DNA of 45,090 bases, taken from positions 1 through 45,090 of the IMG/VR virus record IMGVR_UViG_3300022697_000186. One strand, written 5' to 3'. Below are positions 18,340 to 25,549 of the stretch, piece by piece. How positions within the stretch are numbered: the stretch's first letter is position 1; each line of letters opens with the position of its first letter. A program made the position numbers and the translations under genes. This DNA is from a virus (lineage: Duplodnaviria > Heunggongvirae > Uroviricota > Caudoviricetes). Under the pieces are notes generated by a model. That model did not search any database. It saw only the letters and a program-made list of their open reading frames with translations, and had not been told where the DNA came from.

Positions 18340-19023
18340 GTGAGAATCTTATTGTTTATATTATTTGTATTTTATCCTACTATTGTATATGGAGAAGTTA
18401 TTTTTGGAGCTAATGGTAATTTTGTTAATGGTAAATCAGATTCCGAAATGTATAAAACATCTATAGATGTTGAACTAGATTATAGTAAAACACAAACTTA
18501 TATTAGTAGTTCTTATTTTAAACAAAGAACGAATAATGAAGATATTAAAAATAGATTTGAAGTAAAGTTAAAAGAAGATTTTAAGTATAGTGATAAATTA
18601 TCACCTTTTATATCAGAATATTATAAACAGGATCAAGCTGAAGGATTAAAATATGATAATAAATTTGGAGCAGGTTTAAAATATTATCTTATAAAAAGAG
18701 ATTCATTTAGATATTTAATAAGTTATGCTTCGTTATATCAATCTTTAAAATATGAATTGTCAGAATCAGAAATAGAATATAGACATTCATTTAGATCTAA
18801 ATTAAAATTAAAATACAGTAAATTTAATTTAACTGGTTTAATTTTTTATCAACCTAAGATGTCTGAATCAAATGATTATATAACAAATAGTAAAATTGAA
18901 TTAGATTTTAAAATTAACAAAATTATGCTATTTAATATGTTGTTTGAGAATGAGTATAGAAGTAAATCTATATATTCAACTGAAACAATATTCATGTTTG
19001 GTATTAAAGTAGTAATTCCATAG
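18340..19023 (+). CDS. DUF481-like outer-membrane beta-barrel protein
   Basis: Signal peptide, alternating Tyr/Phe-rich beta strands, GAGLKYY and YQP motifs. Confidence 0.7.
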   Translation: MRILLFILFVFYPTIVYGEVIFGANGNFVNGKSDSEMYKTSIDVELDYSKTQTYISSSYFKQRTNNEDIKNRFEVKLKEDFKYSDKLSPFISEYYKQDQAEGLKYDNKFGAGLKYYLIKRDSFRYLISYASLYQSLKYELSESEIEYRHSFRSKLKLKYSKFNLTGLIFYQPKMSESNDYITNSKIELDFKINKIMLFNMLFENEYRSKSIYSTETIFMFGIKVVIP

Positions 19024-19035
19024 AAAGGTGTATAT

Positions 19036-19428
19036 ATGGATGAAAATTATATTGAAGAAGATCATATAGAAAAAAATTTTGATAGAGCCATTAAAAATTT
19101 ACTTAATGGTGAGAAAGAAGTAAATCAAACAATAGAAATATTACAAAAAAGTGTAATGGAAATAGAATCCGCTGTAAAAGAACAAGATGGTGAAATGTCA
19201 CATTTGGATGAAGTTTTAATAAGAAACTGTCATTTGATGAGTCAGATTTTAATACATCATGAAGATAGAATGAGAAGTATTGTTAATATAAGTAGTGATT
19301 CTATAGAAACTATTAGTAATCATTTTCAAAGTCTAGATAATAAAATATATAATGTATTTAAATTAAATGAAGAATTATCTGAAGTTGTAAAAAGTTTAGG
19401 AGAAATGGTAAAATATAAAAAATCATAG
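19036..19428 (+). CDS. Coiled-coil hypothetical protein
   Basis: Heptad-like pattern; RBS AAGGTG. Confidence 0.55.
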   Translation: MDENYIEEDHIEKNFDRAIKNLLNGEKEVNQTIEILQKSVMEIESAVKEQDGEMSHLDEVLIRNCHLMSQILIHHEDRMRSIVNISSDSIETISNHFQSLDNKIYNVFKLNEELSEVVKSLGEMVKYKKS

Positions 19429-19497
19429 CGGAATCATGGTGATATGTACTAGCTCATATCTAGAACTAGGTGGGATCGTTACCCATATCCGCTACCA
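19427..19497 (+). tRNA. Non-canonical tRNA-Met(CAU), minimal D arm
   Basis: AGCGGAA/ATCCGCT, CTAG-CTCATAT-CTAG, GTGGG-ATCGTTA-CCCAT, ACCA; 71 nt. Confidence 0.65.
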
Positions 19498-19574
19498 AAT
19501 TAATAAAGGAATATTAATGATATATTATAATTATGATACTCTGAGTATAAGTTTAACTAATACTCGGAGGAAGA

Positions 19575-19766
19575 ATGAAAAACATAGAGGAATACGAATT
19601 AACATCTAATTCAAATGTCTACAAAAAAGCAAGATGGAAACAAACAATTGGTATAAGTTTATTATGTTATCTTTGTGCGCCGCATCATGGTTGTAATGGA
19701 TCATATATTCAGAGTGATTATAAATCATGGAAAAGATATAGAAAGAATCAGTGGAGAAATAAATGA
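19575..19766 (+). CDS. Small Cys/His hypothetical protein
   Basis: RBS GGAGG; CYLCAPHHGCN. Confidence 0.6.
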   Translation: MKNIEEYELTSNSNVYKKARWKQTIGISLLCYLCAPHHGCNGSYIQSDYKSWKRYRKNQWRNK

Positions 19767-19792
19767 AATTAATATATAACGTTTGAGTAAAT

Positions 19793-19866
19793 AGACCTAT
19801 AACATAAAGGTAATGTGCTTCTTTTACATGGAAGAAAAGGGAGATCAATACTTCCTAGGTCTACCA
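19793..19866 (+). tRNA. trnV: tRNA-Val(UAC), T loop ATCAATA
   Basis: AGACCTA/TAGGTCT, CTTCT-TTTACAT-GGAAG, CCA. Confidence 0.85.
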
Positions 19867-19872
19867 AATTTA

Positions 19873-19949
19873 GGTTCCGTAGCTTAGTCTGGTAAAGCTT
19901 TCTGCTCATAATAGAAGTATCGTTGGTTCGAATCCAACCGGAACCACCA
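19873..19949 (+). tRNA. tRNA(CAU): elongator Met or Ile2
   Basis: Canonical cloverleaf GGTTCCG/CGGAACC, TTCTG-CTCATAA-TAGAA, CCA. Confidence 0.9.
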
Positions 19950-19967
19950 CAATAGGAATAATAAATA

Positions 19968-20249
19968 ATGAAACTTAAAGTATATAATAAATTTGTATAT
20001 GAAATAGCTATAGAATTTTGTTATAAATGTTCTATTTTAAATCAATATATAATTCCATTATCTGAATTTCAACGATATGTAAATAGTAAATATCCTGGAT
20101 GGTTTAATAGTTTAGGATTAAAAGATTTTGATAAGAGATTAGGGAATCTTTCAAAAATTGATGTAAGTAGATTTACAAATAAACCAGAAGTAGTTTTAGT
20201 TTTAAATTATGATAATATTCCAAATATATTTAGGACAAATTTTAAATAA
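19968..20249 (+). CDS. Hypothetical protein
   Basis: RBS AGGA. Confidence 0.55.
   Translation: MKLKVYNKFVYEIAIEFCYKCSILNQYIIPLSEFQRYVNSKYPGWFNSLGLKDFDKRLGNLSKIDVSRFTNKPEVVLVLNYDNIPNIFRTNFK
20232..20249 (+). promoter_or_regulatory. GGACAAA promoter-like motif
   Basis: AGGACAAATTTTAAATAA upstream of the HNH gene RBS. Confidence 0.55.
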
Positions 20250-20275
20250 CAAGTGAGAGATGATAGGAAAGGACC

Positions 20276-20770
20276 ATGCAAGTAATATTACTTAATTCTG
20301 ATTATACATTTTTAAATGTAATTAATTGGAAAAAAGCAGTTTGTTTAATTTTTAAAGGAAAAGTTGAAGTTCTTAAGGAAACAACGAAAGTATTAGAAAA
20401 CTTTGAAAAAACTATTGAAATGACTATACCAAAGGTATTACGATTAGTTGAATTTGTTAGTTTAGTTTTTAAGAATAAGATAAACTATAATAAGAGAAAC
20501 GTACTTCAAAGAGACAATTTTAAATGTATGTATTGTGGAACTAAAAAAGAACAGTTAACAATAGATCATGTAATACCTAAATCTCGTGGAGGACGTTCAA
20601 CCTTTTTAAATTGTGTAGCTTCTTGTAAACCATGTAATAGTAATAAGGGTAATCTTACTCTTGAAGAATCAGGTATGAAATTACGTATGAAACCTTATAT
20701 TCCTACAGTCTCTGAATTTTTAATGAATAAAGTAAAACAATTAGGTTTAGGAAATTATCTAAACTTTTAA
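20276..20770 (+). CDS. HNH endonuclease (McrA-like)
   Basis: RDNFKCMYCG, TIDHVIPKSRGG, CKPCNSNKG. Confidence 0.9.
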   Translation: MQVILLNSDYTFLNVINWKKAVCLIFKGKVEVLKETTKVLENFEKTIEMTIPKVLRLVEFVSLVFKNKINYNKRNVLQRDNFKCMYCGTKKEQLTIDHVIPKSRGGRSTFLNCVASCKPCNSNKGNLTLEESGMKLRMKPYIPTVSEFLMNKVKQLGLGNYLNF

Positions 20771-20779
20771 GAAGGTTAA

Positions 20780-21025
20780 ATGAAAATAATTGAAGATAAT
20801 CCTAAATATATAGGAAATTATGTAGCTTTAGAAAATCATGAATCAACTGAACCAATATGCTATGGTAAAAATATTGATAAAGTGGATTCAGAAGCTAAAA
20901 AATTAGGATTTGAACATCCTATATTACGTTATATATCAGATACTAATATGACACAGTTATATTCTAAGGAATTAGAAATAGAAAGAAAATGTGATTGTAG
21001 ACAGTGCATTTGCGGAAAAAAATAA
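20780..21025 (+). CDS. DUF5678-like protein
   Basis: KY.GNYVAL....I..GK.......AKKLG.EHP pattern. Confidence 0.55.
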   Translation: MKIIEDNPKYIGNYVALENHESTEPICYGKNIDKVDSEAKKLGFEHPILRYISDTNMTQLYSKELEIERKCDCRQCICGKK

Positions 21026-21036
21026 TTAGGTTTTGT

Positions 21037-21124
21037 TCGGGAGTGGACTAGTTGGTAGGTCGCCGGACTTTGAATCCGGTAGGTTAATAGCCGTGCGGAG
21101 GTTCGAACCCTTCCTCCCGAACCA
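21037..21124 (+). tRNA. trnQ: tRNA-Gln(UUG) with long variable arm
   Basis: TCGGGAG/CTCCCGA, CCGGA-CTTTGAA-TCCGG, extra GGTT-AAT-AGCC arm, CCA; 88 nt. Confidence 0.85.
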
Positions 21125-21158
21125 AATAAGGATAAACTTTATAATGATTGGTTAAGTT

Positions 21159-21404
21159 GTGATGAAATTAAACATATGTGAAGTTGATAAAAGATGTGAT
21201 ATGCTACTACTAATTAAATCAAATACACCAAATATATCATTAAATTATATTCAAGAAAATCTTCCGGATTACGGATTTAATTATGATTTATTTAAGAAAG
21301 TATTTAATTCGTTATCATTTTTAATATATGGTAACAATAAAAACACTACTACATTCAGATTAGCAGCTGTGATAAAACATCATAATATAGATAAAGTATT
21401 TTAA
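21159..21404 (+). CDS. Hypothetical protein
   Basis: ORF between tRNAs. Confidence 0.5.
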   Translation: MMKLNICEVDKRCDMLLLIKSNTPNISLNYIQENLPDYGFNYDLFKKVFNSLSFLIYGNNKNTTTFRLAAVIKHHNIDKVF

Positions 21405-21480
21405 GTCACTGAGACCCGATGGACGGGTATTGGATTGCAAACCCAATTGAAGGTGAGTTCGATTCTCCCCAGTGACTCCA
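21405..21480 (+). tRNA. trnC: tRNA-Cys(GCA)
   Basis: GTCACTG/CAGTGAC, TTGGA-TTGCAAA-CCCAA, U73, CCA. Confidence 0.9.
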
Positions 21481-21499
21481 TAATAGAAAGTAGTGAAAA

Positions 21500-21787
21500 A
21501 TGAAATTAGTGTATACTAAAAACCAAAAATATTATTATTTGTTAGATATATTATTTAAAAATAAAGAATATGTTTCAGCATATATGTTATCAAGACAATT
21601 AAAAATATCAGGTAGACCATTTTCAAAAAATTATCATGGTATAGTTGATAGAAATTTATTAAGAAAAAGAATTGTATATAAAGAGATATCTAAATATTTT
21701 AAACCATTTATATTAAAGAAACTTGGAATAGCTTGTAAAGGTTATAAACTTAATTTAGATATAATTAACATAGAGGTATTGCTATGA
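21500..21787 (+). CDS. Winged-helix-like hypothetical protein
   Basis: VSA..LSRQL.IS ... KGYKL pattern. Confidence 0.4.
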   Translation: MKLVYTKNQKYYYLLDILFKNKEYVSAYMLSRQLKISGRPFSKNYHGIVDRNLLRKRIVYKEISKYFKPFILKKLGIACKGYKLNLDIINIEVLL

Positions 21788-22137
21788 GTTGTGATTTAAA
21801 GTTAAAATCTTATTTAAAAGATGATATATGTGTGATAGAAGTTAATTGTGATATAGTTTTTAATTGTATAATCGATATGAGATGCGACATAAAAAAACCT
21901 ATAGATGAATGTAAGAATATGTTGTTAGATTTTAGTAAAGTCTCAATAATTGATTCAGCAGGTGTAGGTTTTATAGTATCTTTATATAAACATATGATAC
22001 AGACAGAACAAGGTAAATTTGCTATATGTAATGTTTGTCATGATATAAAAGTTGTTTTTGAATGTACAGGTTTAAATAGATTATTTAAAGTAGATTATAA
22101 AAGTGTGGATGAAGCGATTGAGTATATGAATAGTTAA
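21784..22137 (+). CDS. STAS domain anti-sigma factor antagonist
   Basis: LLDFSKVSIIDSAGVGFIV with the conserved phosphorylatable Ser; VFECTGL. Confidence 0.85.
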   Translation: MSCDLKLKSYLKDDICVIEVNCDIVFNCIIDMRCDIKKPIDECKNMLLDFSKVSIIDSAGVGFIVSLYKHMIQTEQGKFAICNVCHDIKVVFECTGLNRLFKVDYKSVDEAIEYMNS

Positions 22138-22147
22138 AGGATTTAAT

Positions 22148-22221
22148 GGGGGACTGGTGAAATTGGGATCACACTACTTTTGCATGGTAGAGTTAGGGTT
22201 TCGATGCCCTGTCCTCCACCA
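22148..22221 (+). tRNA. trnA: tRNA-Ala(UGC)
   Basis: GGGGGAC/GTCCTCC with G3:U70, CTACT-TTTGCAT-GGTAG, CCA. Confidence 0.9.
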
Positions 22222-22223
22222 AA

Positions 22224-22244
22224 ACTAATAAAATCAATTACTTA
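22224..22244 (+). repeat. 21-nt repeat with IHF consensus, copy 1
   Basis: ACTAATAAAATCAATTACTTA, 20/21 identical to 31073..31093; contains WATCAANNNNTTR. Confidence 0.7.
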
Positions 22245-22289
22245 CATATTTATTATTCCACCACTGTTTGAAAATAAAAGGTAAATTAA

Positions 22290-22874
22290 ATGAATTCAAG
22301 TATAAGACCATTGAAAAATGAAGAAGAAGATGAAAGAACAATAGAAGAAATTGAAGAGGAAGAAGAAACTCTTTGGTATAAAATAAAAGAATTTTGGCAT
22401 TATAAAATTAAACAACCTATTAAATATTTTTATCAGAGGAGAACAAGAGGATTTGATAACAGTGAAGTTTGGGATTTATATTCACCTTTATCTAAACATA
22501 TACTTCCTAGACTTAAAGCATTTCGTGAGATGAATACAATGGGTTGTCCTAATGAATTTTTTGATGAAAAAAATGAAAAAAATGAATGTCAAAAATGGAA
22601 TGAATGTATTGATAAAATGATATTTGCTTTTGAATATATTGCAGAGGAAGGAGAAGATAAATTATTTAAAAAGCATTATCCTAATGGTGGTTTTCCTAAA
22701 ATGATTTTTGGTGAACCAAACGAAAAAGGTTTAGGTTCAATTACTTTTCCTAAAAAAACAAAAGAAGAACAAATAGTATGGGATAATCTTCAAAAGGATT
22801 TAAACGATAGTGAAGAAAAGGTACAACAAGGTACAGAACTCTTTGGAAAATATTTCCAAAATCTATGGGATTAA
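22290..22874 (+). CDS. Conserved phage hypothetical protein
   Basis: YQR.TRGF..SE.W, W...IDKMIFAF, G.ELFGKYF.NLWD pattern. Confidence 0.7.
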   Translation: MNSSIRPLKNEEEDERTIEEIEEEEETLWYKIKEFWHYKIKQPIKYFYQRRTRGFDNSEVWDLYSPLSKHILPRLKAFREMNTMGCPNEFFDEKNEKNECQKWNECIDKMIFAFEYIAEEGEDKLFKKHYPNGGFPKMIFGEPNEKGLGSITFPKKTKEEQIVWDNLQKDLNDSEEKVQQGTELFGKYFQNLWD

Positions 22875-22877
22875 TCT

Positions 22878-23180
22878 ATGGAAATGATTTCAAAAATTAT
22901 AGCAGTTTTTATCGTTTGTATCTTATCAATATTTATGCTTTTATTATTAGTTCCACTCAGTGCAATTTTTGAAGTAATATTACATATTATATATTATATC
23001 TATATAATTATATATAGAAGACAAATCTTAATGAAAATAATTATTAAAAACACACATAATACTCCTGATCAACTGAATTATAAATATACAAATTATAAAG
23101 AACTTCAAAATGATGTATTTAATAATTCAAGTAATTATATGGATAAAGTATTTGATAAATTAAATATGAAAGTATTTTAA
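22878..23180 (+). CDS. Membrane hypothetical protein
   Basis: Hydrophobic N-terminal half. Confidence 0.5.
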   Translation: MEMISKIIAVFIVCILSIFMLLLLVPLSAIFEVILHIIYYIYIIIYRRQILMKIIIKNTHNTPDQLNYKYTNYKELQNDVFNNSSNYMDKVFDKLNMKVF

Positions 23181-23298
23181 ATAATATTATAAAGAATGGA
23201 GTATTAATGAAAGAACACGAGATTAAATTTTTTAAAGTATTCATTCCAATAATTTTGATTATTGTGATGATATATACTTATATTTCTTAATGTAAAAC

Positions 23299-23441
23299 GC
23301 GGGTATCGTATAATTATAAATTAAGTAATGTGAATTATATTCAAATATCACAGTATTTTCAGTTAAAGCAGACTTCTTATAATGATATTATACCTTACTT
23401 CCACTCAGAAGACAGGGGTTGGATTCCTCTAATAGACTCCA
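23299..23441 (+). pseudogene. Disrupted/degenerate tRNA-Gly(UCC)-like remnant
   Basis: GCGGGTATCGTATAAT (Gly 5' end) at 23299, AT-rich insert, then a D-like hairpin, TTCCA, T arm AGGGG-TTGGATT-CCTCT and TCCA; stems do not close. Confidence 0.55.
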
Positions 23442-23448
23442 ATAAAAA

Positions 23449-23525
23449 GCGGCAGTAATTCAGTCAGGTAGAATGCAACTTTACCGAAGTTGATGTCGTA
23501 GGTTCGAATCCTACCTGCCGCTCCA
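23449..23525 (+). tRNA. trnG: tRNA-Gly(ACC)
   Basis: GCGGCAG/CTGCCGC, CAACT-TTACCGA-AGTTG, canonical T arm, U73, CCA. Confidence 0.9.
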
Positions 23526-23552
23526 CAAACAATCGAATCATAATATCTGCAT

Positions 23553-23570
23553 AGGACAAACTATAAAATA
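23553..23570 (+). promoter_or_regulatory. GGACAAA promoter-like motif
   Basis: AGGACAAACTATAAAAAT before RBS AGGAG of the HNH gene. Confidence 0.6.
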
Positions 23571-23585
23571 ATTATAGGAGTCTTT

Positions 23586-24317
23586 ATGCAGTTATGTAGT
23601 TACGGTTGTGGTCAAGAAGGTAAATTCCCTTTACAAAATGGAAAAATTTGTTGTAGTTCTCATTTTACTAAATGTCCTGAATTAATTAAAAAATTTCAAA
23701 GTGGTAAACATCAGACATTCAAACATTGTTTTAAGTGTGATAAAAGTATTTGTGAAAGTTTATTTAATTATCACGTTAGAACATGTATTATTAAAAAATG
23801 TTTAGAATGTAAAAAACAATTAACAGGAGATTATAGAAATAAATTTTGTAGTCATACTTGTGCAGGATATTATAATAATAGAAAAAATGGCGGAAGTTTA
23901 AGAAAAAATTACAGAAGTTTAAGAAAAAATGACAGAAAAAGAGAAAAAATTTATAATTGTTTAAATTGTAATCAAAAATTTAAAAATCCTAAAAAATATT
24001 GTAATTTTAAATGTCAAGTCGATTATAAATATAAAAATGATATAATACCTTGGCTTTCTGGTATTGATAATGGTATAAGAGGAACTAGTACAGCATCTTT
24101 TATTAAACGTTATATCAAAAAACGTGATGGTGAAAAATGTTGTCAGTGTGGATGGGCAGTAATTCATTCAATTACAAACACTATACCTATACAATTAGAT
24201 CATATAGATGGTAATTGGAAAAATAATAATCCTAATAATCTTAGATTATTATGTCCTAATTGTCATACTTTAACAGAAACATATGGTTCTCTTAATAGAG
24301 GAAATGGAAGAGGATAA
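23586..24317 (+). CDS. HNH homing-endonuclease-like protein with zinc-finger N-terminus
   Basis: CSYGCG N-terminus, CCQCGW, LDHIDGN..NN...NLRLLCPNCH. Confidence 0.9.
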   Translation: MQLCSYGCGQEGKFPLQNGKICCSSHFTKCPELIKKFQSGKHQTFKHCFKCDKSICESLFNYHVRTCIIKKCLECKKQLTGDYRNKFCSHTCAGYYNNRKNGGSLRKNYRSLRKNDRKREKIYNCLNCNQKFKNPKKYCNFKCQVDYKYKNDIIPWLSGIDNGIRGTSTASFIKRYIKKRDGEKCCQCGWAVIHSITNTIPIQLDHIDGNWKNNNPNNLRLLCPNCHTLTETYGSLNRGNGRG

Positions 24318-24330
24318 TTAAAGGAGATTT

Positions 24331-24621
24331 ATGACTGATACTGATGATATGTGGAATCAAACTACAGAAGAATTAGAAGAATTAAGAAATAACATAAAAT
24401 CTGGAGTTAATATCCCAGATGATGGTGGTAAAATAAATGATTTAAAAACTACAATTGCAATGTTTGAGGATATAGTACCAAATAAAAAAGGTAAATTTAA
24501 ACTAGCTCCTGAAGAACCTGGGTATATAAATTGGACATCTGATGATAATATTAAATATTATTTTTTAACTAAACTATGTCCAAACTTAGTAAATCAACTA
24601 AATTTAATGGAGATGAGTTAA
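24331..24621 (+). CDS. Hypothetical protein
   Basis: RBS AAGGAG. Confidence 0.6.
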   Translation: MTDTDDMWNQTTEELEELRNNIKSGVNIPDDGGKINDLKTTIAMFEDIVPNKKGKFKLAPEEPGYINWTSDDNIKYYFLTKLCPNLVNQLNLMEMS

Positions 24622-24622
24622 A

Positions 24623-24799
24623 ATGTATTTAATTGTATTTGGATTAGTATTTATAACTACATCTACTTTTTTATATATGATTATGTCTGAGATGGATATG
24701 ATAGAAAGAACAAAAAAGATGGATGATATAATAGATAATATAAAAGATGATAAATCACTACAAGATATGGGAGAATACACAATTGATTCAGAATTATAA
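24623..24799 (+). CDS. 58-aa membrane peptide
   Basis: Hand-translated; N-terminal TM. Confidence 0.45.
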   Translation: MYLIVFGLVFITTSTFLYMIMSEMDMIERTKKMDDIIDNIKDDKSLQDMGEYTIDSEL

Positions 24800-24822
24800 T
24801 TATATAAAATAAGGAATAAAAA

Positions 24823-25113
24823 ATGACTTTAAAAATGCTTGGAAATAAGATATTAGTATCATTACCTGAACAAGAAGATGAAAAAACAGAAGGCGGAGTT
24901 ATTCTAACAGAAGCTAATAGAGAACATAAACATGGTGAAGGTACTGTAATTGCAGTAGGTCCAGGTGTTCAAGATAATCAAGGTAATATTCATCCTATAC
25001 CTGTAAAAGCTGGAGATAAAATATTATATAATGGACATAATTCATTACCAATTAAATATAATAATAATTTATATTTAATTATTATTGAATCTGATTTATT
25101 TGCAATAATATAA
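24823..25113 (+). CDS. groES: Co-chaperonin GroES
   Basis: LGNKILV, KTEGGVIL, G.VIAVGPG, VKAGDKILY, I.ESDL.AI. Confidence 0.92.
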   Translation: MTLKMLGNKILVSLPEQEDEKTEGGVILTEANREHKHGEGTVIAVGPGVQDNQGNIHPIPVKAGDKILYNGHNSLPIKYNNNLYLIIIESDLFAII

Positions 25114-25117
25114 ATAA

Positions 25118-25207
25118 GGAAGAGCAAGCCAACAGGTGGTGGTCGCTACCTTGAAAGTAGTTAGGAGTTAATGACTCGTGGGGGTTCGACTCCCTCCTCT
25201 TCCGCCA
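25118..25207 (+). tRNA. trnS: tRNA-Ser(UGA)
   Basis: GGAAGAG/CTCTTCC, CTAC-CTTGAAA-GTAG, long variable arm, G73, CCA. Confidence 0.9.
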
Positions 25208-25320
25208 ATTTCAATTGATAATGTATATTAAATTTATAGATAACTTAATTAATAACTTTTTAATCAAAATATAGGGGTATATAAGATGAAACATGTATAA
25301 CTTTAAAATATAACAGATAT

Positions 25321-25452
25321 TAGGGCTATAATAATTCTTCCTTCTAATAATCGGCTCTGGGTGTCGTGAGTTCGAGTCTCACCACTCTCACCACATGAGA
25401 GTGTAGCTCAGTTGGTAGAGCGCCGGAATTAACAGAATTATTAATTACACTA
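25321..25452 (+). ncRNA. Y-RNA-like element, copy 2, carrying a circularly permuted tRNA domain (YrlA-like topology)
   Basis: Conserved GGCTATA-ATAATTCT-TCCTTCTA...AGAATTAT frame enclosing T arm, acceptor stem closed by CCACA loop, then D arm. Confidence 0.85.
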
Positions 25453-25461
25453 AATTTTATT

Positions 25462-25524
25462 TGAGGCTATAGTAAAACTTCCTTCTACTTTATTTGAAAA
25501 ATCCTAGTTTTACCAATCTCCTCA
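25462..25524 (+). ncRNA. Y-RNA-like element, copy 3
   Basis: TGAGG-CTATA-GTAAAACT-TCCTTCTA-loop-AGTTTTAC-CAATCT-CCTCA. Confidence 0.75.
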
Positions 25525-25549
25525 TTTTATTTAATAAAGGAAAATTATA

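Noticed and set aside
19036-19428. Methyl-accepting chemotaxis domain
   Set aside because: Only generic coiled-coil character; conserved MCP hairpin-tip motif is absent
23315-23380. Self-splicing intron in the broken tRNA-Gly
   Set aside because: Insert is short, AT-rich, in the D region, has no group I core, and joining the halves does not restore the stems
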